64,000 bases of DNA from an uncultured Gammaproteobacteria bacterium (GTDB lineage Bacteria > Patescibacteriota > Microgenomatia > Daviesbacterales > UBA10151). Shown here piece after piece: positions 36,649 to 44,761 of this stretch (the first letter of the stretch is position 1; each line of letters begins with the position of its first letter). Both the position numbers and the translations under genes were made by a program. The stretch covers positions 660-64,659 of the forward strand of contig CAYHYM010000004.1 in the NCBI GenBank assembly GCA_964360965.1, in the 5' to 3' direction. The notes beneath the pieces are model-generated. The model saw only the letters and a list, made by a program, of their open reading frames with translations, was not told the origin of the DNA and did not search any database.

Positions 36649-38186
36649 TAAATAGGCTCGAGGTCTTTTTCTACAACTTTTTCTATTAAAGTTTGTCCAG
36701 GGAAGATATAAATAAGTCTGATTTTGCCTGAACCGACCTTGTTCAGTTCGTCAATAATAGTTGTAACTTTACTTGACTTAATATCAGTAAAAGGTTTGGC
36801 GACGGAATGGTATCTGCTGATAAAACCTTCTAGTTCGGAAGCTGCCAGAATCACCACTACATTTTTATCCAGAAGTGTGGTCATTTCGCCTTTAAGCTTA
36901 CCTTGTTCTCGTAATAGGTTTTCAATTACTTGATAAAATTGGTTAAAATCTTGGGTGTTTGATTTACAGTTAATAATAAACTGTTGGACCTTTTCTTGTG
37001 TCTCAGAATTTACTGCGATAGACCCCTCTAGGATGTGACCTTCAAAGGCTGAAGTACTACTGTTGTAGACAGAAGGTAACCCAAGGAGAATAGTATGTGC
37101 TACCTCAATTTGGTGTTCCGCAAGCTCTGCTAACACGCTTCTTACTGCTTGTTTTGGGTCAATATAGTCAATTCCAGGTTCTTGTTCTAGTAATTTGCCA
37201 ACGCCTCCGTGCATAGCGGTGGAGCTAAAAGTGATTATTGGGGGTATTCTTCTCTCCCTAGGTAGTGCTTTCGCGCGAGCCATTAATTCAGGCATATGAG
37301 CTTTTAAACTTTGGCCATATAAATTAGTGTCAATTGAGCCTGATAGTTTTGGATCAGAGATCGGATAAATCTCAGGAAACGAGCGATCGCCAAAATAGTT
37401 CTTCCCCAAGGCTGTAATTAGAGAGTTCATCAGGGCTTCGGTGAAATGGGCAGTATCACGACCGCTATCTCCACCAACAACAATAATTGGTCTTCTAGCA
37501 ATCACTCTTGTTTCTTCTGGTTTACTAATATCCGGAGTAATGGTTTGTATTGGTAGTCTTTGAATACCCTTCAGGTAGCGTCTAATATCAAATCCAACGT
37601 AAAATCTAGGGTCTCCTGAAGAAGAAAATACTGTATCCTCATAAGGATAATCTGCTCCAGTAATTAGGTCACGATCAAAAAAATGCCTTATGGGAATATC
37701 AGTTTGGGTAAATGGGTTAACGGTGCCATACTCAAGACCTAGCTTGGTCACATCAGCACGCTTTAGATCAGACTCACTAACATCTAAGTGCTGGGCCAAT
37801 TTGGTAAAGTCTAGCTCTCGATCAGCTCTGGTATGAGTTATAACTAGGGGATAACCAGGAGCTGTTAGGGCATTAGATCTCATAATTCGCCATAGTTCTA
37901 CTCCTTGCTCTCCCTCGAAAATCGCAGCCGCAGCATTTTCTCTTACAGATCTGGGACGGCCTTGATTTTTACCAAAAAAATAATGAACTCCGTATTCAAA
38001 ACGCAAAAGTGGCGGGACTGGAGTTTCTGTATATATCTCATCTCTAATCTCTGCCGGGACATCAAAAATGGTCAGGCAAAGTGAATCAAAATGGCTGGCG
38101 ATTTGAGCCAGTCTTTCCACCACAGGATCGCTTTCTTCAAGGCCAAGTTGCTTTGGGTTAAATCCAACCTGTAATAATTGTTCCAT
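36645..38186 (-). CDS. hypothetical protein with C-terminal Asp/Glu/hydantoin-racemase-superfamily-like domain
   Basis: Blocks IIVVGGDSGRD, FSSTAMHGG and VVILAASELEG resemble the two half-sites of Asp/Glu racemase-type folds (Ser/Thr in place of Cys); weak. Confidence 0.3.
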   Translation of the reverse strand: MEQLLQVGFNPKQLGLEESDPVVERLAQIASHFDSLCLTIFDVPAEIRDEIYTETPVPPLLRFEYGVHYFFGKNQGRPRSVRENAAAAIFEGEQGVELWRIMRSNALTAPGYPLVITHTRADRELDFTKLAQHLDVSESDLKRADVTKLGLEYGTVNPFTQTDIPIRHFFDRDLITGADYPYEDTVFSSSGDPRFYVGFDIRRYLKGIQRLPIQTITPDISKPEETRVIARRPIIVVGGDSGRDTAHFTEALMNSLITALGKNYFGDRSFPEIYPISDPKLSGSIDTNLYGQSLKAHMPELMARAKALPRERRIPPIITFSSTAMHGGVGKLLEQEPGIDYIDPKQAVRSVLAELAEHQIEVAHTILLGLPSVYNSSTSAFEGHILEGSIAVNSETQEKVQQFIINCKSNTQDFNQFYQVIENLLREQGKLKGEMTTLLDKNVVVILAASELEGFISRYHSVAKPFTDIKSSKVTTIIDELNKVGSGKIRLIYIFPGQTLIEKVVEKDLEPIY

Positions 38187-38321
38187 ATATCTATTATCTA
38201 TGTGATAGAGCAGGTATTATACACTATAAGGCTTATTATGTCAAAATGATTAAACTAAGGATTTTTGTGTTTTTAAAACACTTGTTGACATATTGTCATA
38301 CAGATGTGTTATACTTAAGTT

Positions 38322-40052
38322 ATGGCATTAAAAAGAACTACCCTAAGGATAGATGAAGACTTAAAAAAAGATACTCAACAGCGAGCCTTAGAGGAGAATA
38401 CCACTCAACAAGAAATTCTCAATAGAGCTTTAAAGAAATATTTAAGAACTGAGGTTCAGAAAGAGCTTGCTAGGGAAACAGTGGCCGAGCCACAGGAAGT
38501 AACTACAAAAAAGGCTAGTTCGAGTAAACCAGCAGATGTAATTGATTTGATATTTAGCTCACTGGATATCGAAGCCAGGGGTTTTATTAAAAAGGGAGAT
38601 TTGATAGATGCCCTTAATTTTAGAGGAATTCTAGAGGATGACATTAGGATTAAAAATGTCATGGAGGCTTTGAGTAAAACTAATAAAGACGATGATATCC
38701 CCCCCCAAACCTTCCGCAGGATTGTTGGGCCGTACATTACATTAATTGAAAAAGCCCTGACTGGTAGTCTGGTTATCCCCGATTTTAAGAATTTCTGTAG
38801 TTTTATTACTAATCTTTATAATCGCACAATTCAAAACAAAGATGGCGAGGTTTCAGATTACATACCTGAGCTAAAAGGAGTTGACCCAAATAACTATGCT
38901 ATTTCCATTTGTACTATAGACGGACAGAGATTTAATTTGGGAGATTACAATACTCCCTATCTAGCCCAATCTACTGCCAAACCCATAAATTATTGTCTGG
39001 CCTTAGAAGAGCACGGCGAAGAAGTAGTTCATAAAAAGATTGGCAGAGAACCTTTAGGCAAAGGTTTAAATCAGTTGACTCTAAACAGTCAAGGATTGCC
39101 GCATAATCCTTTAAATGGTACAGGAGCAATTATGTCGGCCTCCTTGATTGGCCAAGAACTTTCCCTGGAAGACCGTTTTGAACAGGCTTTAAAGAAATGG
39201 AAGTCGCTTTCCGGAGGAATTAATCCTGGATTTTCAAAATCAGCTTACGATTCAGCTAAACATGTTGCGGATAAAGATCTGGCGCTAGCTTATTTTATGA
39301 GATTGAATCAGTTGTTTTCCAAAGGATCAAATTTAGAAGAATATTTGGACTTTCTGTTTAAATGCTTATCTATTGAAACTACCACTGAAGCTCAAGCAAT
39401 TATTGCTGCCACTTTGGCAAACGCCGGAGTTTGTCCGACCAATGGGGAAGCCGTGTTAAAAATGGAGACTACAAAGAATTGTTTATCTTTGATGTATTCC
39501 TGCGGTATGGAAGATTACTCGTCTGAGTTTGCTTTTGCAATAGGACTTCCTGCTAAAAGCGGTATTTCAGGATCGATTATGATAGTTGTGCCTAATGTGA
39601 TGGGAATTGCGATTTATTCTCCTAGGGTTGATAGTAATGGCAATAGTGTTAAAGGATTAGATTTATGTAATAAATTAATCCAGAGATTTAATTTTCATAA
39701 TTACGATAGCTTAACTAAAAAACTGGATAAAATTGATCCCAGGCTTTTGAAAAATGAAAATAAAATGAGGGGCGTGATGGCTGTTTGTACTGCTGCTTCT
39801 CAGGGAGATCTATATGAGATCCAAAGGTTAGAGGCCTCGGGGGTTGCTTTGGATGAAGGTGATTATGATGCCAGAACCGGCATACATCTGGCAGCCTCGG
39901 AAGGTCACGAAGAGGTAGTTCGCTATTTTATTGAAAGAAGAGTGGATATTAACCCTAAAGACCGTTGGGGTGGGACACCTTTAGCTGATGCCATGAGAGG
40001 TAACCACACTGCGGTAATTGAACTGTTGGAGAAAAATGGAGCCAGGCTATGA
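38322..40052 (+). CDS. glsA: glutaminase with N-terminal RHH-like segment and C-terminal ankyrin repeats
   Basis: YIPELKGVDP...GDYNTPYLAQSTAKPINYCLALE...GREPLG serine-dependent glutaminase blocks; C-terminal ANK repeats (GIHLAASEGHEEVVRYFI...GGTPLADAMRGNH). Confidence 0.75.
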   Translation: MALKRTTLRIDEDLKKDTQQRALEENTTQQEILNRALKKYLRTEVQKELARETVAEPQEVTTKKASSSKPADVIDLIFSSLDIEARGFIKKGDLIDALNFRGILEDDIRIKNVMEALSKTNKDDDIPPQTFRRIVGPYITLIEKALTGSLVIPDFKNFCSFITNLYNRTIQNKDGEVSDYIPELKGVDPNNYAISICTIDGQRFNLGDYNTPYLAQSTAKPINYCLALEEHGEEVVHKKIGREPLGKGLNQLTLNSQGLPHNPLNGTGAIMSASLIGQELSLEDRFEQALKKWKSLSGGINPGFSKSAYDSAKHVADKDLALAYFMRLNQLFSKGSNLEEYLDFLFKCLSIETTTEAQAIIAATLANAGVCPTNGEAVLKMETTKNCLSLMYSCGMEDYSSEFAFAIGLPAKSGISGSIMIVVPNVMGIAIYSPRVDSNGNSVKGLDLCNKLIQRFNFHNYDSLTKKLDKIDPRLLKNENKMRGVMAVCTAASQGDLYEIQRLEASGVALDEGDYDARTGIHLAASEGHEEVVRYFIERRVDINPKDRWGGTPLADAMRGNHTAVIELLEKNGARL

Positions 40053-40354
40053 AAAGTGATATTAAGACAACCGGAGTAATGGCGCTTGACTGGGCAGCGG
40101 CTCAGGGAGATTTGCACGAGATTCAAAGGTTAGTCGCATCCGGCGCAGATTTGAACGAAGGTGATTATGATGGGAGAACCGCAATACATCTGGCAGCCTC
40201 GGAAGGACAGGAAGAAATTGTCAGGTATTTAATTGCGAAAGGTGTAAATATTAATCCTAGGGATCGTTGGGGTGGGACACCTTTAGCTGATGCCATGAGA
40301 GGTAACCACACCAAAGTTATAGAGCTTTTGAAAAAACATAATGCACAGAAATAA
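40049..40354 (+). CDS. stand-alone ankyrin-repeat protein, tandem duplicate of the glutaminase ANK module
   Basis: About 70% identical to the last 95 aa of the upstream ORF; ATGA start/stop overlap. Confidence 0.65.
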   Translation: MKSDIKTTGVMALDWAAAQGDLHEIQRLVASGADLNEGDYDGRTAIHLAASEGQEEIVRYLIAKGVNINPRDRWGGTPLADAMRGNHTKVIELLKKHNAQK

Positions 40355-40365
40355 TCTAATTTCCT

Positions 40366-41466
40366 ATGAATGATAAACAAATTTCTCCTCCCAATAAAAT
40401 AAAAGTTTATGTATTAAACACAGGTGGAACTCTGGGAATGGTGGGTAAACCGCTTCGTCCCGCTAAATCAGCTGCAGAGCTTTTAGAGGGAATTAATACT
40501 CCGCCTGAAGTGGAACTTATCATAGATGATTTTAAGTTTAGGCAGGATTCTACTAATATTTTGCATGCTGAAAGGCTAATGATGGCTAGGCAAATAGCCG
40601 AAAATTATAAAACCCATGATGCTTTTGTCATTATGCACGGGACTGATTCTATGGCAGAAACAGCTGCAGCTTTTTGTATGTTCTTTAAATTATCTTTACA
40701 AAAGCCTTTAATTTTAGTTGGTGCTCAGATGTCTAAAGATGAGCCTGGTTCAGATGTACAACTGCAGTTATCAAATACTTTTAGAGTTGCCAGCGCCTTT
40801 CATAGATATAATATTGTGGGTGTTTATAATGTTTGTATCGGTGATATTTGGGATGGGTCAAGGCTTAGGAAAAGAGCAGAGTCAAATTTCATGGCTTTTT
40901 ACACTCCAGGTCGTCATCCGGTGGCCAGAATTTGGCCTCATATTCACTTTGATGAAGGGTTAAGATATAAAGATCCTGTTTTGGCAGTTCAGGATTTAAA
41001 GATTGATGGTGTGCTAGAGCGTAAAGTAGCTACTTTTAAAGTATCAGCAGATACACCTCCATGGGTAGTAATGGATCAAGTTTTAAAAAATCGCCTCAAA
41101 GGGGTCATTTTAGAGTGTAAAGGTGCAGGAAATATTCCAAATCGTGAATGGGAAGATTATGAAAACGGGACAACTTATTCATGGATTGATGTAATTGCGG
41201 CAGCAACTAAAGCTGGAATCCATGTGGGGATTATTTCACCTTTTGAAGATGGCAGAGTTATCCTAGGTCGTTATGAGCTGGGAGCAGAAGCACTTGAGGC
41301 AGGGGCAATTAGCTTAGAAAGTCTGACTCCAGATATGGCAGATATTAAGTTTAGACAGGCTATTGCTATGTTTCCTACAGATAGAGAAAAAATTCAAGAA
41401 TTTATTTCAACTAATATTATTGGAGAATTACTTACCGGAGCAGAAGATTCTGAGGAATTCATTTAG
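40366..41466 (+). CDS. L-asparaginase
   Basis: N-terminal VLNTGGTLGM and HGTDSMAETAAAF motifs typical of the asparaginase/glutaminase family. Confidence 0.8.
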   Translation: MNDKQISPPNKIKVYVLNTGGTLGMVGKPLRPAKSAAELLEGINTPPEVELIIDDFKFRQDSTNILHAERLMMARQIAENYKTHDAFVIMHGTDSMAETAAAFCMFFKLSLQKPLILVGAQMSKDEPGSDVQLQLSNTFRVASAFHRYNIVGVYNVCIGDIWDGSRLRKRAESNFMAFYTPGRHPVARIWPHIHFDEGLRYKDPVLAVQDLKIDGVLERKVATFKVSADTPPWVVMDQVLKNRLKGVILECKGAGNIPNREWEDYENGTTYSWIDVIAAATKAGIHVGIISPFEDGRVILGRYELGAEALEAGAISLESLTPDMADIKFRQAIAMFPTDREKIQEFISTNIIGELLTGAEDSEEFI

Positions 41467-41479
41467 AGTAAGTTTTTTA

Positions 41480-41530
41480 CCCAAGTTTAACTTCAGCCAG
41501 AATGTTATGTTTATGGAAGCCATTTTTGTA
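41480..41530. repeat. second short copy of the thpR 3'-terminal sequence
   Basis: tttaacttcagccagaatgttatgtttatggaagcc against the thpR end tttacttcagctaaagtattatgtttgtggaaacc. Confidence 0.55.
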
Positions 41531-41534
41531 GAAA

Positions 41535-41654
41535 TCAAAGTAATTCTTTAAGTTCATCTATGGAAATTTCCACTGACTTTAAAATACTCATTAGAGTTTT
41601 TCTTTTGAGAGCTTTAATGACCTCCTTTGGCTTAACAACTGGAATTTTGGGCAT
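41535..41654 (-). pseudogene. hicA: HicA toxin remnant with internal deletion
   Basis: Translates to MPKIPVVKPKEVIKALKRKTLMSILKSVEISIDELKELL: the N- and C-terminal segments of the intact 74-aa HicA at 63179..63403 are fused and the central GSH region is missing. Confidence 0.55.
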
Positions 41655-41918
41655 TTAAGAAAGAGTTTGCTGGATGGGTATATCAATTGTTGTCATAAAG
41701 CTGGGACCTTTTTCTTCAGGAACTATTTCATTATGTTTTTTTAAACTGGCAATATATACGCTGATAGCATCTTTAACCATCTCCACAGCTTCTTCCAAAC
41801 TGTTACCTTCTGTGACACATCCTGGCAGAGCAGGTACAATCACCACATACCCACCTTCTTCAGCTGGTTCAAAAATAGCAGTATATTTTAAGATTTTTTG
41901 AGAGATTTTCTTAGCCAT
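41655..41918 (-). CDS. hicB: HicB-family antitoxin (orphaned)
   Basis: About 85% identical to the HicB at 63404..63664; UPF0150-like YxxxFEP...GGY..VP..PGC motif. Confidence 0.6.
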   Translation of the reverse strand: MAKKISQKILKYTAIFEPAEEGGYVVIVPALPGCVTEGNSLEEAVEMVKDAISVYIASLKKHNEIVPEEKGPSFMTTIDIPIQQTLS

Positions 41919-41936
41919 GGAGTTATTATAGCATTT

Positions 41937-42503
41937 TCAAACTAACTTTACTTCAGCTAAAGTATTATGTTTGTGGAAACCTTCTTGGGGAACTGATTCA
42001 AACAGTTTAATGGAGGAAATTTTAATGGGATTAAAAGGCATGGCCATAAGTTTTTCCATTTCCACTTCTAATTTTTGATCTACTTTTAAATGGTTGTTGA
42101 GCTTGGCAATGGTGATATGAGGAATGAAACGACGTTCATCTGCTGTGAGCCTTAAAGTGGCCAAGCTATCTTTGATGCGCTCACGAATAAGTAAAATTTT
42201 ATCTATATCCCCTTTGACTCCAATCCAAAGAACTTGAGGATGGTGGAGGTTTGGAAATCCATCAATATAGGCAGGGGTAACTTCAAATGCAGGAATATTC
42301 GCTACAGCATTTCTGATAATTTCAACTAATTTATCCTTTAATCCATCCGGTTGTTCTCCTAAAAAAGCTAAAGTCAGGTGAATTTTGTCTAAATCAGTAA
42401 TTCTTACTTGAGTAATTAATGTATGCAATTTAGCTTGTATAGCTTGAAACTGCAATCTATTCTCTTTCGGAATTTCAAGTGCTATGAAAAACCTTATACC
42501 CAT
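41937..42503 (-). CDS. thpR: RNA 2',3'-cyclic phosphodiesterase / 2'-5' RNA ligase family (ThpR/LigT)
   Basis: Two H-x-T/S-x motifs (HLTLAF and HITIAK) at the characteristic spacing of the 2H phosphoesterase fold. Confidence 0.7.
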   Translation of the reverse strand: MGIRFFIALEIPKENRLQFQAIQAKLHTLITQVRITDLDKIHLTLAFLGEQPDGLKDKLVEIIRNAVANIPAFEVTPAYIDGFPNLHHPQVLWIGVKGDIDKILLIRERIKDSLATLRLTADERRFIPHITIAKLNNHLKVDQKLEVEMEKLMAMPFNPIKISSIKLFESVPQEGFHKHNTLAEVKLV

Positions 42504-42870
42504 AAATCATACTATATTTGACAACGCTTTTAAAAAGTGCCTACACTTAAATAGTATGGCAATGGCGGTTGAAGCTCCCCCTCAGCCAAGAGCAAAAGCT
42601 GAAATAAGAGTTATTAAATCTGATCCTGAAGTTTTGGATGAGCAAGTACTCTATCAACAAGGAGCTTATAAAAGAGTCAGGCAATATCTACGAGGCTGGT
42701 ATCCTAAATTGGGAGTTTTACATATGGGCTGGCAAGGTCAAGAAACCATTGTAGAAAGAGATGTTATTACAGCCAGTGTAAGATTTAGAGTAAGCCAGGG
42801 TATTGATAGGTATACCTTCACTGACTTGACAAATAGACCGGGATTTCTTATTGTTAAAGCAACAACTTAA
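42484..42870 (+). CDS. hypothetical protein (start uncertain)
   Basis: ORF only; overlaps the thpR start on the opposite strand. Confidence 0.25.
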   Translation: MKNLIPINHTIFDNAFKKCLHLNSMAMAVEAPPQPRAKAEIRVIKSDPEVLDEQVLYQQGAYKRVRQYLRGWYPKLGVLHMGWQGQETIVERDVITASVRFRVSQGIDRYTFTDLTNRPGFLIVKATT

Positions 42871-42889
42871 TATTTAATCAAGAGTGATG

Positions 42890-43020
42890 GGGAGGGAATT
42901 GGCCCGTTGATCCATCCAGCAACTGATTCGAGTTTTCGAGAATCCTTAAGCGACTAGCGAAGGACCTCTAGAAACCGACCGCGGTGCTACACCCAAGCCC
43001 GCAAGGGAGGATTAGGTCTT
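42890..43020. repeat. GC-rich structured element (possible ncRNA or leader) upstream of a terminator
   Basis: About 60% GC block in AT-rich DNA; contains a tccttcgctagtcgcttaagga family-2-like palindrome on the reverse strand. Confidence 0.4.
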
Positions 43021-43036
43021 TTAAAGGCAAAAATTG

Positions 43037-43062
43037 AACCTCTCTTGATGAGAGGTTTTTTA
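43037..43062 (+). terminator. rho-independent terminator-like hairpin (aacctctcTTGATGagaggtt + T6)
   Basis: 8-bp stem, 6-nt loop, U-tract; lies only 19 nt upstream of the RBS/ATG of the next ORF. Confidence 0.5.
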
Positions 43063-43080
43063 ATGAGAAGGAGGTGAAAT

Positions 43081-43440
43081 ATGGAAAGAAAAGAATTAAT
43101 GCAGCAGTTAGTAGCTGAAGGAAGAACAAAACCTAGGGGTTTACTGACTATTATATTTGACGAAGAGAGTGAGTATGTCAGATTTGTGCGTGAGGCATAT
43201 AATAGGTTTGGTGGTGAAGGATTAGAATTTACTAACGTTCCGATTATCCTTAGTGCCCGTGTTAGACCCGGCCTATTGGAGCAAACCTGGGAAGAATTTA
43301 ACTATAGACCAGTTACTAAAGAGGATTTAGATAAAGTTAGGGAGGAATTAAAAAAATGGAAGCCATGGGATCCGGCAATACTAAAAGATGGACATGTTCC
43401 AGGTTTTGCAGAACCAAAGGAAATATATATTGATTGGTAA
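43081..43440 (+). CDS. hypothetical protein
   Basis: Strong RBS aggaggtg 5-12 nt upstream; no recognisable motifs. Confidence 0.4.
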   Translation: MERKELMQQLVAEGRTKPRGLLTIIFDEESEYVRFVREAYNRFGGEGLEFTNVPIILSARVRPGLLEQTWEEFNYRPVTKEDLDKVREELKKWKPWDPAILKDGHVPGFAEPKEIYIDW

Positions 43441-43601
43441 ATGCTTTTTAAGTTCCTTCATGCCAAGCAAGACTGAAAAGCCAATATAGGCTGCCTTAAG
43501 ACGCATTTTTGGCATATCTTATAGTATACCAGGTAGCTGTTTATAAATCAAATAATGTTTATTTAACAGAAGTTTTTGTGATACTATTATTTTAAGCATT
43601 T

Positions 43602-44747
43602 ATGGAAGGAAAAGAGTCTGCCCCTATCAAAGTTAGGGCTGCTAATACTGTTGCCAGTTTCCTACTTTTTGCTATGTCTGCAACAGGTTGTAACCTAAAC
43701 TTTCCAGGAAGCTCATCAGAAGATTCTCAGGAGTTACTAAATAGATCTACCCCTGTTGATCCGGAATTAGGCAAAAGATATAGGCAAATAATTGAGGAAT
43801 CTGTAGGACAAGACTGTGAATTACCAGAAGTAGGATTTAGGTCAATCAGAAGACCGACAGTATTTCTACCACGCTTTAGAACAGAAGGATATATGATTCC
43901 ACCTCTTTCTGATGGAGAAACAGCCAATATAATAATCCCCACCTTAAGTAAACGTGACCCGATAGTGGCTCAAAGTGCCAAAGAAGCAGGAGTCACCAGA
44001 GAAGAATATAAAAAAGCAATGGAAAATGTCACAATAATTCATGAAGGTATCCACCTTTGTTCACCTTTTGAAACATCAGATCAAAAACATCCAAATCCGG
44101 TAATAGTTGATTATACAAAGCCTGATGTGCAACGGGATCGTAGAGGAGTATATAAATTAAATTATCAAGTCCGCAGATTAGAAATTGCACCCTTTTCAGG
44201 TTTGGGTTTAATGATTGAGGAAAGTAAAATATACTCTGATGGGACAGTTGAAATTCATAAGCTATATCAGGAAGAGGGAGATACAGAGGAGCTTATTACC
44301 CACTCTATCACTCCTCAAAGAGTATTAAAAAAATATGGAGCTGATTCTTTAGAATATAAAGCCTCTCAAGAGTCAGGGTATCCAACAGGAAGGACGGTTC
44401 TGACAAATATTTTTGCAACAAAAGAGGTAGGATTTGATGATATTATCGGGGCAAAACAGAAAAATGATGCTAAAGCTATCTTTGAGATGGTAAAACAGGG
44501 GGTTGAGGAGATAGGCAAAAGAGCCGGGATTGAAAGAAAAGTTACTGATGAGAACCACTCTAATTTTGTGCTATATAACTTTTTCAGTCAGCTTTCTACT
44601 GAAAGAGCAGCTAAAAATGAAATTAACCCGAACCTGCTTATTGATTATTTAAGTAACTATTTCTTTGGTAAAAACTTTAATAAAACAACTGCTAAAGAGA
44701 GAGAACAGATGATATCTGTTTACAATCAAGTTTTCATCAAACGATAA
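43602..44747 (+). CDS. putative lipoprotein, function unknown
   Basis: Signal peptide with lipobox-like MSATGC. Confidence 0.4.
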   Translation: MEGKESAPIKVRAANTVASFLLFAMSATGCNLNFPGSSSEDSQELLNRSTPVDPELGKRYRQIIEESVGQDCELPEVGFRSIRRPTVFLPRFRTEGYMIPPLSDGETANIIIPTLSKRDPIVAQSAKEAGVTREEYKKAMENVTIIHEGIHLCSPFETSDQKHPNPVIVDYTKPDVQRDRRGVYKLNYQVRRLEIAPFSGLGLMIEESKIYSDGTVEIHKLYQEEGDTEELITHSITPQRVLKKYGADSLEYKASQESGYPTGRTVLTNIFATKEVGFDDIIGAKQKNDAKAIFEMVKQGVEEIGKRAGIERKVTDENHSNFVLYNFFSQLSTERAAKNEINPNLLIDYLSNYFFGKNFNKTTAKEREQMISVYNQVFIKR

Positions 44748-44761
44748 GTTAACAGAAGTGA

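Noticed and set aside
36645-38186. Calling the 513-aa protein a YbaK/ProX-type deacylase or a bona fide aspartate racemase
   Set aside because: Only loose block similarity; catalytic Cys positions are Ser/Thr here, so only a superfamily-level guess is given.
42890-43020. Assignment of the GC-rich block to a specific riboswitch class (c-di-GMP, ZTP, fluoride, glycine)
   Set aside because: No class-defining conserved nucleotides recognised; retained only as a generic structured or repeat element.
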